Under the pieces are notes generated by a model. It was not told where the DNA came from, ran no database searches, and worked only from the letters and a program-made list of their open reading frames with translations. From assembly GCA_050084985.1 (NCBI GenBank), contig JBITNC010000001.1, forward strand, positions 3,782,001 through 3,846,000: a DNA stretch of 64,000 nucleotides. The letters are read 5' to 3'. A program made the translations under genes and the position numbers. Source of the stretch: Nageia nagi (lineage: Eukaryota; Plantae; Pinophyta). How positions within the stretch are numbered: the stretch's first letter is position 1; each line of letters begins with the position of its first letter. Shown here in pieces: positions 52,701 to 63,259 of the stretch.

Positions 52701-55700
52701 CCACAACTCCATCATGTGAGGTGTCGCTTGAAACCAGGCCCTGACTTAGCCACTGGCCGAGCTGAAATCTCTTCATGACTCCAGGGCATGCTCGTCTGCG
52801 GCTTTGATCATTTGGCCATTCTGGATCTTCATACTGGCCGTAAGTTGATCATGCCCAGGCAATGTTGGTCATTGCTGTTTGCAAAAATTGGGTTTCCAAA
52901 ATGCTGCATCTTGGGGTGTGTTGTGCGGGCACAAGAAGTCCTTTGAGTAGCCGACCCTTGAGCTTCTAGGTTAGAGCTCTTATAAATATCTTTGGCGAGC
53001 ATTGTAATTTTTTCCTCTTGATGAGTAAGTAATATGATTATTTTGTGTTTAAAGGTTGCTCCCTTGAAGAGGCCTACGATACTTAATTGCTTTGAATACA
53101 AAGTTTCTCTTATTTCCATTCAATTCTTTCATATTCGTTCAATATTGCAGCAATATTTTCTTGTTCATTGTTATTTGAAATTGAAGGTGTAATGTCCTCA
53201 AATTGGATGACCATTACATGTAATGTGCTTTTTTGTTGATTGGGTCAACATGGTGTGGTGTATCTCATCTTTAGGAGTATTTAGAAGTGTTTTGGAGTCT
53301 TTTAGCTTGTCTAGGTGTGTAAACGTCCCTAAAATTGGCATCTCACTCATTTAATGCATTGTAATGTGCCTATTGGGCCACCTAGAGTGGGACATCCCTC
53401 TTCTAGGGATATGTAGGAGTGATTTATTGTGTCTAGGTGCAATGTAATGTTCTTAGGAGTAATATTGTAATTTGGGATCTCAAATTGGGTAACTGTAATT
53501 TCAAGATCAAGTGTGGGCCACAAGAGGGGACATCTAGATTGGGATATCCCATAGAGGAGTTAAGACCCCAAGAATGGAGTGTTCAACTATATGAGGAGGA
53601 GCACACCCCTTGGAGATCATCTTTGTCTATTATCATCTTCTATCTTTTGAGTGACTTGCCACTTCTCTAACCTTCCTGTGGTCAAAAACCTACAGAAAGG
53701 AGACTTCTTGAGGATGAAAACCCTCACCAAGGATGAAAACCCTTGTGTTCTCAAGAGTGGATCCATCTAGGGTTCATGTGGTGCTTTAGAGTTTCAGATT
53801 TGGCAGTTGTAGGTCCTTCATTGTTGCATCTAGTTGGAGTCAACTAGTAGTTAAGATCCGAGGGTTAGAGGCCCTAGCAATATGACGTCCAACCTTGGAG
53901 GAAAGTTTTGTTCATTTGGAGCATCTACTCGCCTCTTGAACTTAGACATCCAACCAATTATGTATTTTGGAGTTGTTTTTTCCAGATCTAGTCTACTAAG
54001 CTAGATATCTAGCCCATTGGGCCATCTTTGCTGAGTTTTGAGCTTTGTAGTAAGATGTCCAACCCTAGGGCATCATTTGGATGATTTTCAAAGTGCAATA
54101 TATTTCAGATCTAATTTTTATGTCAAAAAAAATTGTTTTCTTTGGAATTTGGCTAGTTTGAGTAAAATTGCATTTCTCTTAATTTGGGACATTACAATGG
54201 TATCAAAGTTGGTTTCCTGCCAACATGTGAAAAATGAAAAAGGGAAGAGTTAGTAGTCTAGATAGAAAGGCCGAACAAAGACTTGACACAGTGATGGGTA
54301 TGATGACAAGGTTACTTGACAAGCTTGATCAAGGAATCTCTCATTTGGCTTCTAGAGATAGTTTGACCAGGGCAATGCTTGCTCGACCAATAGTTCACAA
54401 ATCTATGCTAGATCTTGGAGATATGGAGAGTCCAACTTGGAGCATGCCTGGGCGTCCACCACCCATACATCCACCACCTGTATGTCCATCACCCTTCCCT
54501 AGGCCATCCAAGCCCATCCTCTTGCAAAGGCAATGAATCTATATTTGGGTAGGATTCAACACTGCCCACTTTCAGTGTGTTTGACAAAGTCAATATTTTT
54601 TCTAATATTTTGTTGTAGATCTTTGTGTAGGTTGACAAAGTTGCCATGGAGGTCACCCATTTGCAGGAACTTATTGAGCATGGGGGAAATTCCCCTCGTG
54701 CAATTAGCAAGGTTCCACTTGAGCCCCATACACCTCGAGGCAGTTCTCATTGGGAATTTACAATTTCCTTCTCCTTATCATACTTGAGCAAGAATATTGG
54801 AGGACCCTTGGGCTCATTCAAACAAGTTGCCTTCCTATGTATTGGCCATATTGTTGGCTTGTACTACAACCAAGATTAAGGGGCTACCGTGGTTGGGAGG
54901 ATCATGTGGAAACTTAGTCATCTGCATCGGGATGGGGGCTGGAGCCACTGCCTCAAAATAATGATGTTTGGGAGAACTTGATAGGTCCTTCCCCATAGTG
55001 GGTGCAATCATGGCACTTGATAGCACATGATTAATTTCTTGTTATAATTTGAGTTAGACATTAGGGTGTGCGTTGCCCACCATTTTGAAGATTATAGCAC
55101 TTTGCAAACAAACAACTATTGTTCAAGTTATTTCAAAGATGAGTGGGAAGTGAAGCTGATTGTAAACACCCAAGTGGACATGATGGAAGAACATGGAAAG
55201 AACTTAGAGTTTGGATGTAAACTTCTAGTTTGATATCATAAAAGTGGAAACAAATTTAGAATACTCTACCTAACATGCATGTTATGAATTAAGCAACTAT
55301 CAAAGACTAGTTTCAAACACTTTATAAAAATAATTCATTGATATTTTCCCTAAAACTCGTAAGTTTTCGAAGGAAGGATGCGAAAGTGTCAAACAAACAA
55401 AGATAGCCAGCCCTTAAGGGTCAATTCACAACACCACAAATGTATGATCAAGTTTGATCTTTGATTTAATTACTTTGTATTGCTTATAAAAGAGTTATCC
55501 AAAAATACATTAATTTGCTCCTCTTTTACAAAAGTTTCATTTTCTCACAAAATGAGCTTTAGCTATAATGAGACCCCATAGGGTCTATTTATAGGCTTTT
55601 CTTGGAAACCCTAATTCCTAATTTTTGCAAAAAAATAAATGCTAATTGAATGGTAAATTGAAATTACAATTTCGTTTAGTGGGAGAAAACACTCATTCCA

Positions 55701-58700
55701 CTACTTTTGCTTTTAAATAAACTAATTCTAGAAATTGATGCCTTCTGTAACAGATCTTGAGGTGTTTTGCATCAATTTGGCAAAATTTGGATCTTCAAAT
55801 CATCATTTTGGGTTTGTTCACTAGTCTTTTGAGTTCTTCTTTCTTTCAATCTGGATTTGCCCTTCAAGATGAACATCATGGCAAAGTTTGAGAAGATTTT
55901 TCAAAAAGGTGATTCTTTTGGTCTATTTTCTCGAAAAATGGGTGGGGGTGTTGATTTTGGAAATTTTTTAAAATGTGATTCTGGGGCCATGGATGGGTGA
56001 AGGACGGATCAAGAAAGTATTTGCCAAGTTTGTAGAGGATTTGGGGTTTTCAAAATATGTTTTGGGCATGGGCGGTCATTTATCAAGCTTGCGGAGGATT
56101 TTTGAACTTTGACCAATGCATGGAAGTGAGCATAGCTAGAAAAAAATGTGCCTAGGGGAGATAGAGATTTTGACAATTTTGGATCCTTCTAAGAGCAAAG
56201 ATGTTCAATTTTTTATGCATCCAACATACCCATGTTTTAGAATTTGATTTTGAGCTTTTTGTTGAAATAACCCTGTTCACACTGGTGGAAGGTAAATGGT
56301 TCATGCCTTTTGTAATCCCAAGAAGGCCAAAATGGCTGCCTAGACATAAAATACTCATTTTTTCTTCCTTTTTCAAAATTTTCAAGGGTAATGCACTTGG
56401 ATCTTCATCCTACACATGATCCCCAATTTTCACTTTTTCTTCACTTTTTTTGTTTTTTGAAAAAATGAAGGTTTTTAGCCTTAAGATCATGGATCTTAAG
56501 AATTTTTCATGTTTTTCTTCACTTTTTTGGATCCAAACTATTTTTCTACACAATGGAAATGGGTACTTAAATCCATTCTCCAAATTGATTTCTAAAATTT
56601 TGGATTTTTACACCATTTTCCATTTGTTTTTCTTCAAAAATGCACGCTTGGAGAGCAATATGAGAGGTTTGTGATGCAAATGAGGGATTTGGCTTGTATT
56701 TGTAGAACTTTGGAAGTTTTTTATGCCACTTGTCAACATCTTATTGGTCACACTCATCTCCCTTTTTCTCTTGCCACACTCATCTCCTTTTTTCTCCTTT
56801 TAGGGCGGAAAATATAGAAAACCAGCGCCTACCTTGAAGAGGGATCTCCTTGGTGTGTTTGGGGAACCTTCAAGAGCAAATATGCCTGATCTCCAACAAT
56901 ACCCATGTTTTTGTTTTTGGATTGACAACTTGGAAAATTTGGAAATTTTGACCTCATAGGCTTGCTAGGCGCATATTTTCCATTTTTACTCATGTTTCCA
57001 TAGTTAGAAAATCAGCACCTAGCTCCCATTTGTATAGTTTTGCCTTTTTTCAAAAATTTCCAAGACCGATGTGTGTGCATTTGCATTCTCCTGATGCTCA
57101 TGTCTTCAATTTTTGATTTTGATCAAGATTGGACCCTCCTTTTCTTAGGTGCGGGTTTTCTCTCTTTGCTTGGGATGAGAAAAAGTAGAAAACATGGAAA
57201 ACATGCGCCTAGGTAGAGAAAGAGGAGTTTTGGCCATTTTGAGGTACTTGTTTGAGCAAACTTGCTTGTTTTTCATAGCTCCACAATACTCATATGCCAC
57301 AAACTTGATAAAAACTTGACATTTTTTAGGCACACAAGCATGCTAGGTGCATGTTTTTTAATTTTGAGGGGAAATCATGGAAAATCAGTGCCTACCTAGA
57401 AGAGTGGTCATTTTGGTTGACCTTAAGAGTAAAGATGCTTGATTTTTGATCTCCAACAATACCCATATGCCACAATTTTGATCCATCAATTTGCAAATTT
57501 TGAAATTTTGGTGTGCATAGGCTGGCTAGGCACACATTTTCCCTCTTTGGGTGAGAAAATATGGAAAATCAGCGCCTAGGGATGGAGTGAGCATGATTGG
57601 AGGAAATCGAAAAATTCCAAGTCTAAATGTGATTCATTTTTCGAGCTCCTCTTGAAGGTATTCTCACATTTTGCATCAAATTTGGACAAAGACTTCATCT
57701 TTTCTTTGTAGGCACACTTCAACTCTCCTTGAAGTCAATGAGACCATAAAAAGCTGATTTTAATCCTCTAGGGAGAATCTTTGATCCTTTTCACAAAGTT
57801 CCAAGCCCAAATACGCCTCATTTTGTCTTTTCTACAATCTCATGCTATCAAGTCTTGAATTTACCATGAAATCCCATCTTATATCTTCAGTATGTGTATC
57901 CCTTCATCCTTTGACCATTTTCAAGAGCAAAGGTACTTAATTTCCCATTTTGCACTAGACCAATCTTCAAAACTGTGCTCACTGCTTAAAAACCATTATT
58001 TGGAGTTATGAATTCTGAAAGCTCCAAAATTGATAGTCTGGACTCTGGTACATTGAACTGTCTCACAGCGCCCTGTGAGTATCCTTTGTGCACCATATTT
58101 AGTATCATCTCTTTCAGAACACTCTCTGCCATCCAGATCGATCCCCTTCACTGTCTTGCTCAAAACTGTGTTGCCAGATTTGCAAAAATAGGGTCCCCAA
58201 AACCTTGTATTTTGGGGTGTGTTGTGCACGTACAACAGACCAAATACATGAAAGAGTGAATTGATTAGAGCCTGCATTCATCATAATATTGGTGGTGTTG
58301 TGTTTAGGAGGGGGAAAACATGTGCAGGATATATTGGGTGAAATTTCTGCTCAGTCTATGATAATTGATATGTCCACACCCTTATTTGCTATCAGCTCCA
58401 CCATCCTATTCCTTTCTCAGAGGGTGTGGCAGAAGTCCTACACCTGTAGCTATCCTGTTAATGTCTTACATTTTTCATACAAAGGTACAGTCACCAATTT
58501 TGAATTTCCCCGGGCTTTAAATCGTTTACTATCACCGGGAATTGACCTCGATGATAATTTTAAGGAATTTGTCTTCCACCAGTATACAAAGACCAATGAC
58601 CATTGCCAAAGCCTCTGCATAGCTGGAAGATGCAGTGAATATGTTTAGGGATTACATAATGACATTCACCTTGATGATCTCAAAATACACTCTACAACCT

Positions 58701-60493
58701 GCAGCACTTGGGTTGGTCCTCAAGGCTCTGCCAAAATTATGTTTTATGATTTCCTCGGGAGGGGGGGCCTATCATGGATGTTTAGTTCATAACTTCATAC
58801 ATATCTTGCAGTCTTCTTTGAAAGGTCATTTTAAATAAGTTAGGGAAACCTTGAAAATATACTTTATGTTTTCCATTGTTGAGTGGACAATCATCTGTAT
58901 GGTTTTTCCTAGTAATTATTTTCATGGTTGCTTTATTTGTTTCTTAAAAAATTTCTGTAACTACATTTCAATAGATTAAAAGTTTTGCATAGAATTTCAC
59001 TTATTTTTTAAACTCAAAAAGTCTTTTAATGGTAAAACAGTTCATAATCATCTGTTGGTTAATCATATATTATCCTTAACTTCCTAGTCTGCTTTGAAAG
59101 ATCCTTTTAATTAAGTTGGCAGAGCCATGAAAAGTTTACTTATATTTTTGTACTTATGTTTTTAACTGATGAGTGGAGAGTCATCTCTATGTTTTTTCAT
59201 ACTAATTATGTTCGCTATAAAATTATTTAAAAAAAAAATCGTGTAATTGGATTTCAATATATAAAATTTGCACATAATTTCCTTTTTAATTGAACTTCAC
59301 ATTCTTGTAATGCTATAACACCTTCATATTTGTTAAGTTACTTGAATTTTCGTTTTCAAGCAGTATTTTGAAATCTCTATCCATGGCATAAACTGGATTA
59401 CAAATAATGTCACTGAGAATAAAATTGAGATGGTTATGCATTACAATTTTTTGATGGTGATTAATTCTTCAGAGAAATTATGCAGAAAGATGACATGTTA
59501 GGATAGTAAATATGTTTCTCTACTTTCTAAACTGTTTTGGCTCTCTACACTGATGCTTCCTCTGTTTTTATTTACATATCAGACTGCCAGATAAGTTTCC
59601 GGAGGGATCTCTTGTTCTTGTGACAGACCCGATGCTTGCAACGGGTATTTGCAATTAATTTCTCAATGTAACAATATTTTGTAAAATGCCATATGCACAT
59701 ATTAGATTAGTTCTACAGATTATCATTATCAGTCGCCACTTATAACTTGTATTTATTTCTTTAGGTGGAACAATTGTTGCCGCAATTGATCTATTGAAGG
59801 AGAGAGGAGTCGATCACAAGAAAATACGTGTGGTACTAGCCTAGCTTGAGGGTTTTGGTTTTGTTGATTATAGGATAGGATGTTGTATTTTAGATGCTTG
59901 AAAGTTTTATAATAAATCAAATTAAAATAAATTTGACTGTACTATATATTTGTATTTAGGTTTCTGCAGTGGCTGCTCCTCCAGCCCTTCAAAAGCTAAG
60001 TGAAAAGTTTCCTGGGTAAGTAATTGAATTTGATTGCTATTGATGTGGCTATTAAGTGATGGCTCCTACAAAATTTCACATTTTTTTGGTACTTCTTATT
60101 TTGCTTATAAGAAGTTGGCATCAGTGGAAATTGAGTAATCTAGTGATTTGAGATATGTTGTTGTTTACAGCCTTCATGTTTACACGGGCACTATTGATCC
60201 TTCAGTGGATCAAAATGGGTAAAGCTTTAATATCTTCTTGTTTGTTTGTTTTTTAAACTTTTCTTGGTGGATCCTATTGTCTAGCGATTCATAAATTTGG
60301 TTTTCAACTTTGTGTTTGAGCGTTTTGCACAATTTTGAGTGATCTCTCAAATTATATGTTTAAAAAGTACTTGCTATATTTATTTAGCACTTTCAGATTT
60401 ATTGTTTAAATTACTGACCCATATTTTTTTAGAACTTTCAGATTTATCATTCCAGGTCTTGGGGATGCAGGAGACCGCAGCTATGGCACATAA
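16711..60493 (+). CDS. UPP: uracil phosphoribosyltransferase, plastid type (multi-exon gene; first exon uncertain; one exon has +1 nt)
   Basis: Spliced GT-AG exons give RMLVFVPPHPLIKHWVSVLRNE..AMAELGR..YEASRDWL..VPILRAGL..RDENTLQP..DPMLATGGT (PRPP motif)..IIPGLGDAGDRSYGT*. Exon phases are consistent except at 41034-41112. Confidence 0.93.
17073..17174 (+). CDS. UPP: UPP exon (end of transit peptide, ...VKCLATASKNVAEDRML)
   Basis: TGCAG acceptor and GTACTA donor, in frame with VFVPPHP. An alternative in-frame acceptor lies at 17094. Confidence 0.75.
17299..17377 (+). CDS. UPP: UPP exon VFVPPHPLIKHWVSVLRNELSPCPIF
   Basis: Conserved UPRT N-terminus. TGCAG acceptor and GTAAGG donor. Confidence 0.95.
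19490..19790. repeat. GTGGTCGCATGTTTTTGAAAA motif array in copy C
   Basis: Repeated ~21-bp units, interspersed with inverted GTGCGACC copies. Confidence 0.8.
20480..21860. repeat. GTCGCATG...CATGCGAC inverted-pair units in copy D
   Basis: Anchors at 20496, 20594, 20678, 20761, 20853 and 20946 (83-98 bp period). More units lie at ~21390-21855. Confidence 0.8.
22007..25368 (+). pseudogene. degenerate ~1100-codon ORF of unknown function in copy D
   Basis: Collinear ORF fragments share motifs with the ORF in copy E: MDFTPIGIEAAFGW, IRWVGVISDGL, SKRFYMNSYLVYLLLHG, YGSEEQPMLLPRYASNRLVLMEF and YDPEG. Confidence 0.85.
30577..31746 (+). mobile_element. gypsy-type solo LTR
   Basis: TGTAATGTCCC start and degenerate GTCACATTTCA end. 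TSD ATTGA/TTTGA. TATA-like sequence near 31140. Confidence 0.7.
32846..37094 (-). mobile_element. hAT DNA transposon, full length
   Basis: TIRs CATAGAATAAAAAGACA / TGTTTTTTTTTTCTATG, 8-bp TSD TTAGAGAT/TTGGAGAT, and subterminal TTTAAACG repeats. Confidence 0.92.
33950..36475 (-). pseudogene. hAT transposase (BED finger, DUF659, dimerisation domain), intron-containing and frameshifted
   Basis: WQYV..CNLCGK..RFKGHL; LSDGWSD; QVITDNASSY; WTPCTCHCIDLLLEDIG; SASGCERNWSAF; LNDIVYIYVNLRL. Confidence 0.92.
40212..40270 (+). CDS. UPP: UPP exon (K)NAMAELGRVLIYEASRDWL
   Basis: TTCAG acceptor and GTAAGT donor. Phase matches the exon ending at 17377. Confidence 0.95.
41034..41112 (+). CDS. UPP: UPP exon PTVTGE/IQSPLGVASVEFIDPREPVT (79 nt, one extra A)
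   Basis: TGCAG acceptor and GTCAGA donor. The sequence reads GGAGAAAATTCAA where GGA GAA ATT CAA is expected. The alternative acceptor at 41041 gives an open 72-nt exon. Confidence 0.9.
42826..42907 (+). CDS. UPP: UPP exon IVPILRAGLVLAEYASSVLPATKTYHV(G)
   Basis: Conserved PILRAG motif. GTCAG acceptor and GTATGT donor. Confidence 0.95.
43440..43488 (+). CDS. UPP: UPP exon (G)FIRDENTLQPHLYLN(K)
   Basis: RDExTLxP motif. TGCAG acceptor and GTATAT donor. Confidence 0.93.
44060..45000 (-). mobile_element. probable old LTR remnant
   Basis: PPT-like TTAGGGGGGG on the - strand near 44990, followed by LTR-like sequence. The ends are not resolved. Confidence 0.35.
45162..52936 (-). mobile_element. 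hairpin-ended element, copy E (gene-carrying)
   Basis: The - strand starts T(C)TTGTGCCCGCACAACA and ends CATCCCAA(T)A. TSD GGTCC/AGTCC. Its 3' kilobase and its 50650-52050 block are collinear with copy A. Confidence 0.9.
46408..49656 (-). pseudogene. degenerate ~1080-codon ORF of unknown function in copy E (homologue of the D ORF)
   Basis: MDFSEEGIENAFAW, IRWSRVISDSL, SKKFYMNSYLVYLLLHG, YGSKEAPYKLPHYASDRLILMEF and YDPDG. Confidence 0.87.
53318..54196 (+). mobile_element. 5' LTR of a gypsy element, followed by an iMet PBS and a gag-start remnant
   Basis: TGTAAACGTCCC...GGGACATTACA, then TGGTATCAAAG at 54198 and ORF 54234-54536 (MGMMTRLLDKLDQ). It sits behind another LTR start at 53188. Confidence 0.8.
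55099..58237 (-). mobile_element. hairpin-ended element, copy F (3'-truncated, no ORF)
   Basis: The - strand starts TGTTGTACGTGCACAACACACCCCAA. It is collinear with copy A down to ~55099. The terminal ~500 bp and the left TSD are missing. Confidence 0.85.
58480..58790 (-). mobile_element. L1 LINE RNase H domain fragment
   Basis: PPPEEIIKHNFGRALRTNPSAAGC..AEALAMVIGL..KIIIEVNS resembles WxPPxxGxxKLNFDGA..AEA..IIEGDS. Confidence 0.7.
59583..59644 (+). CDS. UPP: UPP exon (K)LPDKFPEGSLVLVTDPMLAT(G)
   Basis: PRPP-binding motif. ATCAG acceptor and GTATTT donor. Confidence 0.96.
59765..59832 (+). CDS. UPP: UPP exon (G)GTIVAAIDLLKERGVDHKKIRV
   Basis: TTTAG acceptor and GTACTA donor, in phase. Confidence 0.95.
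59960..60015 (+). CDS. UPP: UPP exon VSAVAAPPALQKLSEKFP(G)
   Basis: TTTAG acceptor and GTAAGT donor. Confidence 0.95.
60171..60218 (+). CDS. UPP: UPP exon (G)LHVYTGTIDPSVDQN(G)
   Basis: TACAG acceptor and GTAAAG donor. Confidence 0.95.
60442..60493 (+). CDS. UPP: UPP last exon (G)FIIPGLGDAGDRSYGT*
   Basis: Uracil-binding PGLGDAGDR motif and TAA stop. Confidence 0.96.
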
Positions 60494-62299
60494 TCAAAAT
60501 GTGGATTAGAGATGTACTATATTTTACTTCAAATGCTCAGACTATATTCCAACCAAAAAGGACATTGAATCATTAATTTTTTTGAGCTTTGCACTTTAGT
60601 GGTAGGACAATCTTTCTATTCTATCCAATTGCAGTGGTCACATTTTTGGAAGGAAACTTTAATTTATGTTCAATGACGTACCTTGATCGCTTAGAATCAT
60701 TGGACCTCGCAAATCTTTAGTCAGTACAAATTCCCCATTCCAAAGCGCCAAAAAATGCAAAGATCGCTGCGTGTTGGGAACCATTTTGAATGAAACGTTA
60801 CATTTTCATAAATTCATGGTGTAAAATAAAGAGGATATTTTGTTGAAAGTTAAATAGCTGTCAAAATTCAAGAAAATATTCTTTAAAAAACCATGATCAA
60901 TACATTGATCTTGTTTTCAAATGTGGATTTCTGCAAAAGTTTTTACTTTTTTTTTAATTAGTATTTGTAGATAGCTAATTTGTTCTTTTTGTGTTTATTT
61001 AAATACATTATTGGTTGTCTTGAAAAGAGTAATCAATTTGGAGGGAAAATAACTATAAAGTAAATTCAAATTTCAAGATGTAATGTTATATTTTAGGTGA
61101 ATTCAAATGATCGGTTATAAAAGGCAGGCATCATTTCATTCCAAAATATCAACTCTCTTGATGATGAATGTGCTTTCTTGACACAAACATCCAAGTTCTC
61201 CATGATCATTAGAGATCAGCAAACTCACTAAGGATTTCATTGCTAAATTTTCACAAAAAGTTAAATGCAATTTCATGGCCTTACAAATTGTTCTAAGCCA
61301 TATTGAAGCTTTGACATCTTGAAACTCTTTGGCAACCATCACAATTTTCGGGAGATCAAAACTCTTAAAAAATAGAATCAATATTGATTGCTACATTTGT
61401 CCAAAATTGATATCGTTTTGAAACATAGGGTTTTTTAGGTCCCCTTTTGGTTCTTGTAGTTGTCTATTGTATCATACTTCTCATATCCTTCAATAATTTA
61501 TCTAGTTTAAGCATTAAATGCATGTTTTTCATTCTCCTTTTGCTTTGATTGTCAATCTTCTTCTTTAACATACAAGGGGTTAGCGGCATGATCATTATCA
61601 AGATTGGTTTTAGCCCTTAAAATATCCATGATAAGTGTAAATCTCTCACAAAACTCTTATCTTGTAAGGTTTGCTCTTGGAAAGGATTTAAGGTTTCATT
61701 TGGGCTAGTAAACTTCAGATCTAGGTACACAAGCATCATTATTTGTTATCTTTCACTTGAGACTAGATTTAGGATTGCTATCTCTCATTGTTATAAAAAT
61801 GAATTTGCTAGGTTGATTGTTTATCTATTTTCATTTGTAGTTAGAATTGATTTTAGTAGATTTAATATTGCTATTTGCATTATCTACATTTTTGTGAATG
61901 GGACATAAATTGAACACAACTTTTGGAACTCGACTTGTGCTTTAAAAATATACCCTATTAGTAAGTTTCGATGGTGAAGCGCACCCCATGTTTTGTGCCC
62001 GACAGCTACCCAAGAATGGGGATGCATATAAATAAAGGTTAGTATGAACCTTTCCACTCTCAAGGAGAGTGAGTGTTGTTTGCACGTATTCCCTTCGATC
62101 AATCATATGGTTATGTGTGCTTAGAGATTAGACCTTTATCTTGTCTTTTTCTCATTGGCTTTGTGATTTAATGGTTGCTTAAATAATATAATGATCCATA
62201 ATTTAAAAGATTAAATTTTAACTTTAATCCTTCCCAAGGATCAATTTACACTTAATTAAATTAAATGTTTGCTATTGGAAGATTTAGAGAATTAGAAAT

Positions 62300-63239
62300 G
62301 GAATCATGTGCAAAACCAAAGAAGGAGAAAAATTCACACCACATAGAGACAACACAATTACCTCGGTTCACCTGGTGTAGGCTACATTTAGCAACAAAAG
62401 CTTTTTTCAATCAGTGAGTGAAATAGTGTACAATGAGCTCCATAGTCTTTCAGCACCTCTTCTCACATTCACACAAACACCATAGCTTTGAAACATTGAA
62501 AATTGCACTTCAACTCTCCATAATTATTCTCTTTGAACACTTCCAAATTGCCTCCTTTTTATAAGATAAAGGCTCAAATTTGGAGTGTTTCACAACAAGA
62601 AGTAATCATAAAATCATTACTTACAGGTACCCATTATTCTCCTTTAGTTGTAGTTCAAATTTGGGTTCAAATGGTTGAGCCAATCTCTCATAATAGCCTT
62701 TCGAAGTTGAAAATACACTCTCGCTAGATAACAGTATTAACGGGTTTGCAAATAACTTTAACAGCTAATAAAATAATTCCATACACATTTAAAAACCTTC
62801 CAATCTTGCAAAAATCACTAAATAGGGCGAATCCAATAATATGGCATCATTAGGCGGCTTGCAATCTAGCCTCCAAAACGTCCCCTCACAATTTGGCCTC
62901 CGAAATGCCTCCCATTTCATTAAAAAAGTTGCAAACTTCAAAATGCAATAACTTTTGATCACAAAGTCGGTTTCACAAACTATAAAAAATATCAAAAAGA
63001 TAATAATGAACTCTACAACATGATGTAATAAAATCAAGAAAAAAGAGGAACTTGATTTTTTTCTTTTTCTTTTTTGCCTTTCGTAATTTTTAATAAAAAA
63101 TACCCAAACTTAGAAATCACATATCTGTCTCAAACTGAATCGGATTCTCAATTCAAAAGAAGCATCACAAAGCTGAAGAAGAACTAAACACAATGATCTA
63201 GAGTATGTTGAATATTTAGAGGATCCAAATTTTGGATCA
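62300..63239 (-). mobile_element. 3' LTR of a gypsy element
   Basis: PPT GGTGGGGGAGGAA immediately precedes TGATCCAAAATTTGGATCC at 63239. The far end is approximate. Confidence 0.7.
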
Positions 63240-63259
63240 TTCCTCCCCACCGAGAGAGA

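Noticed and set aside
58289-58838. Plus-strand ORFs as extra UPP exons or a nested gene
   Set aside because: They are antisense to a LINE RNase H fragment, and the UPP protein is complete without them.
17299-60493. Bacterial upp by horizontal transfer or contamination
   Set aside because: It has spliceosomal GT-AG introns and a transit-peptide-like extension, so it is the normal plant nuclear UPP type.
61080-62270. Possible additional LTR downstream of UPP
   Set aside because: It looks repeat-derived, but I could not establish termini or a TSD.
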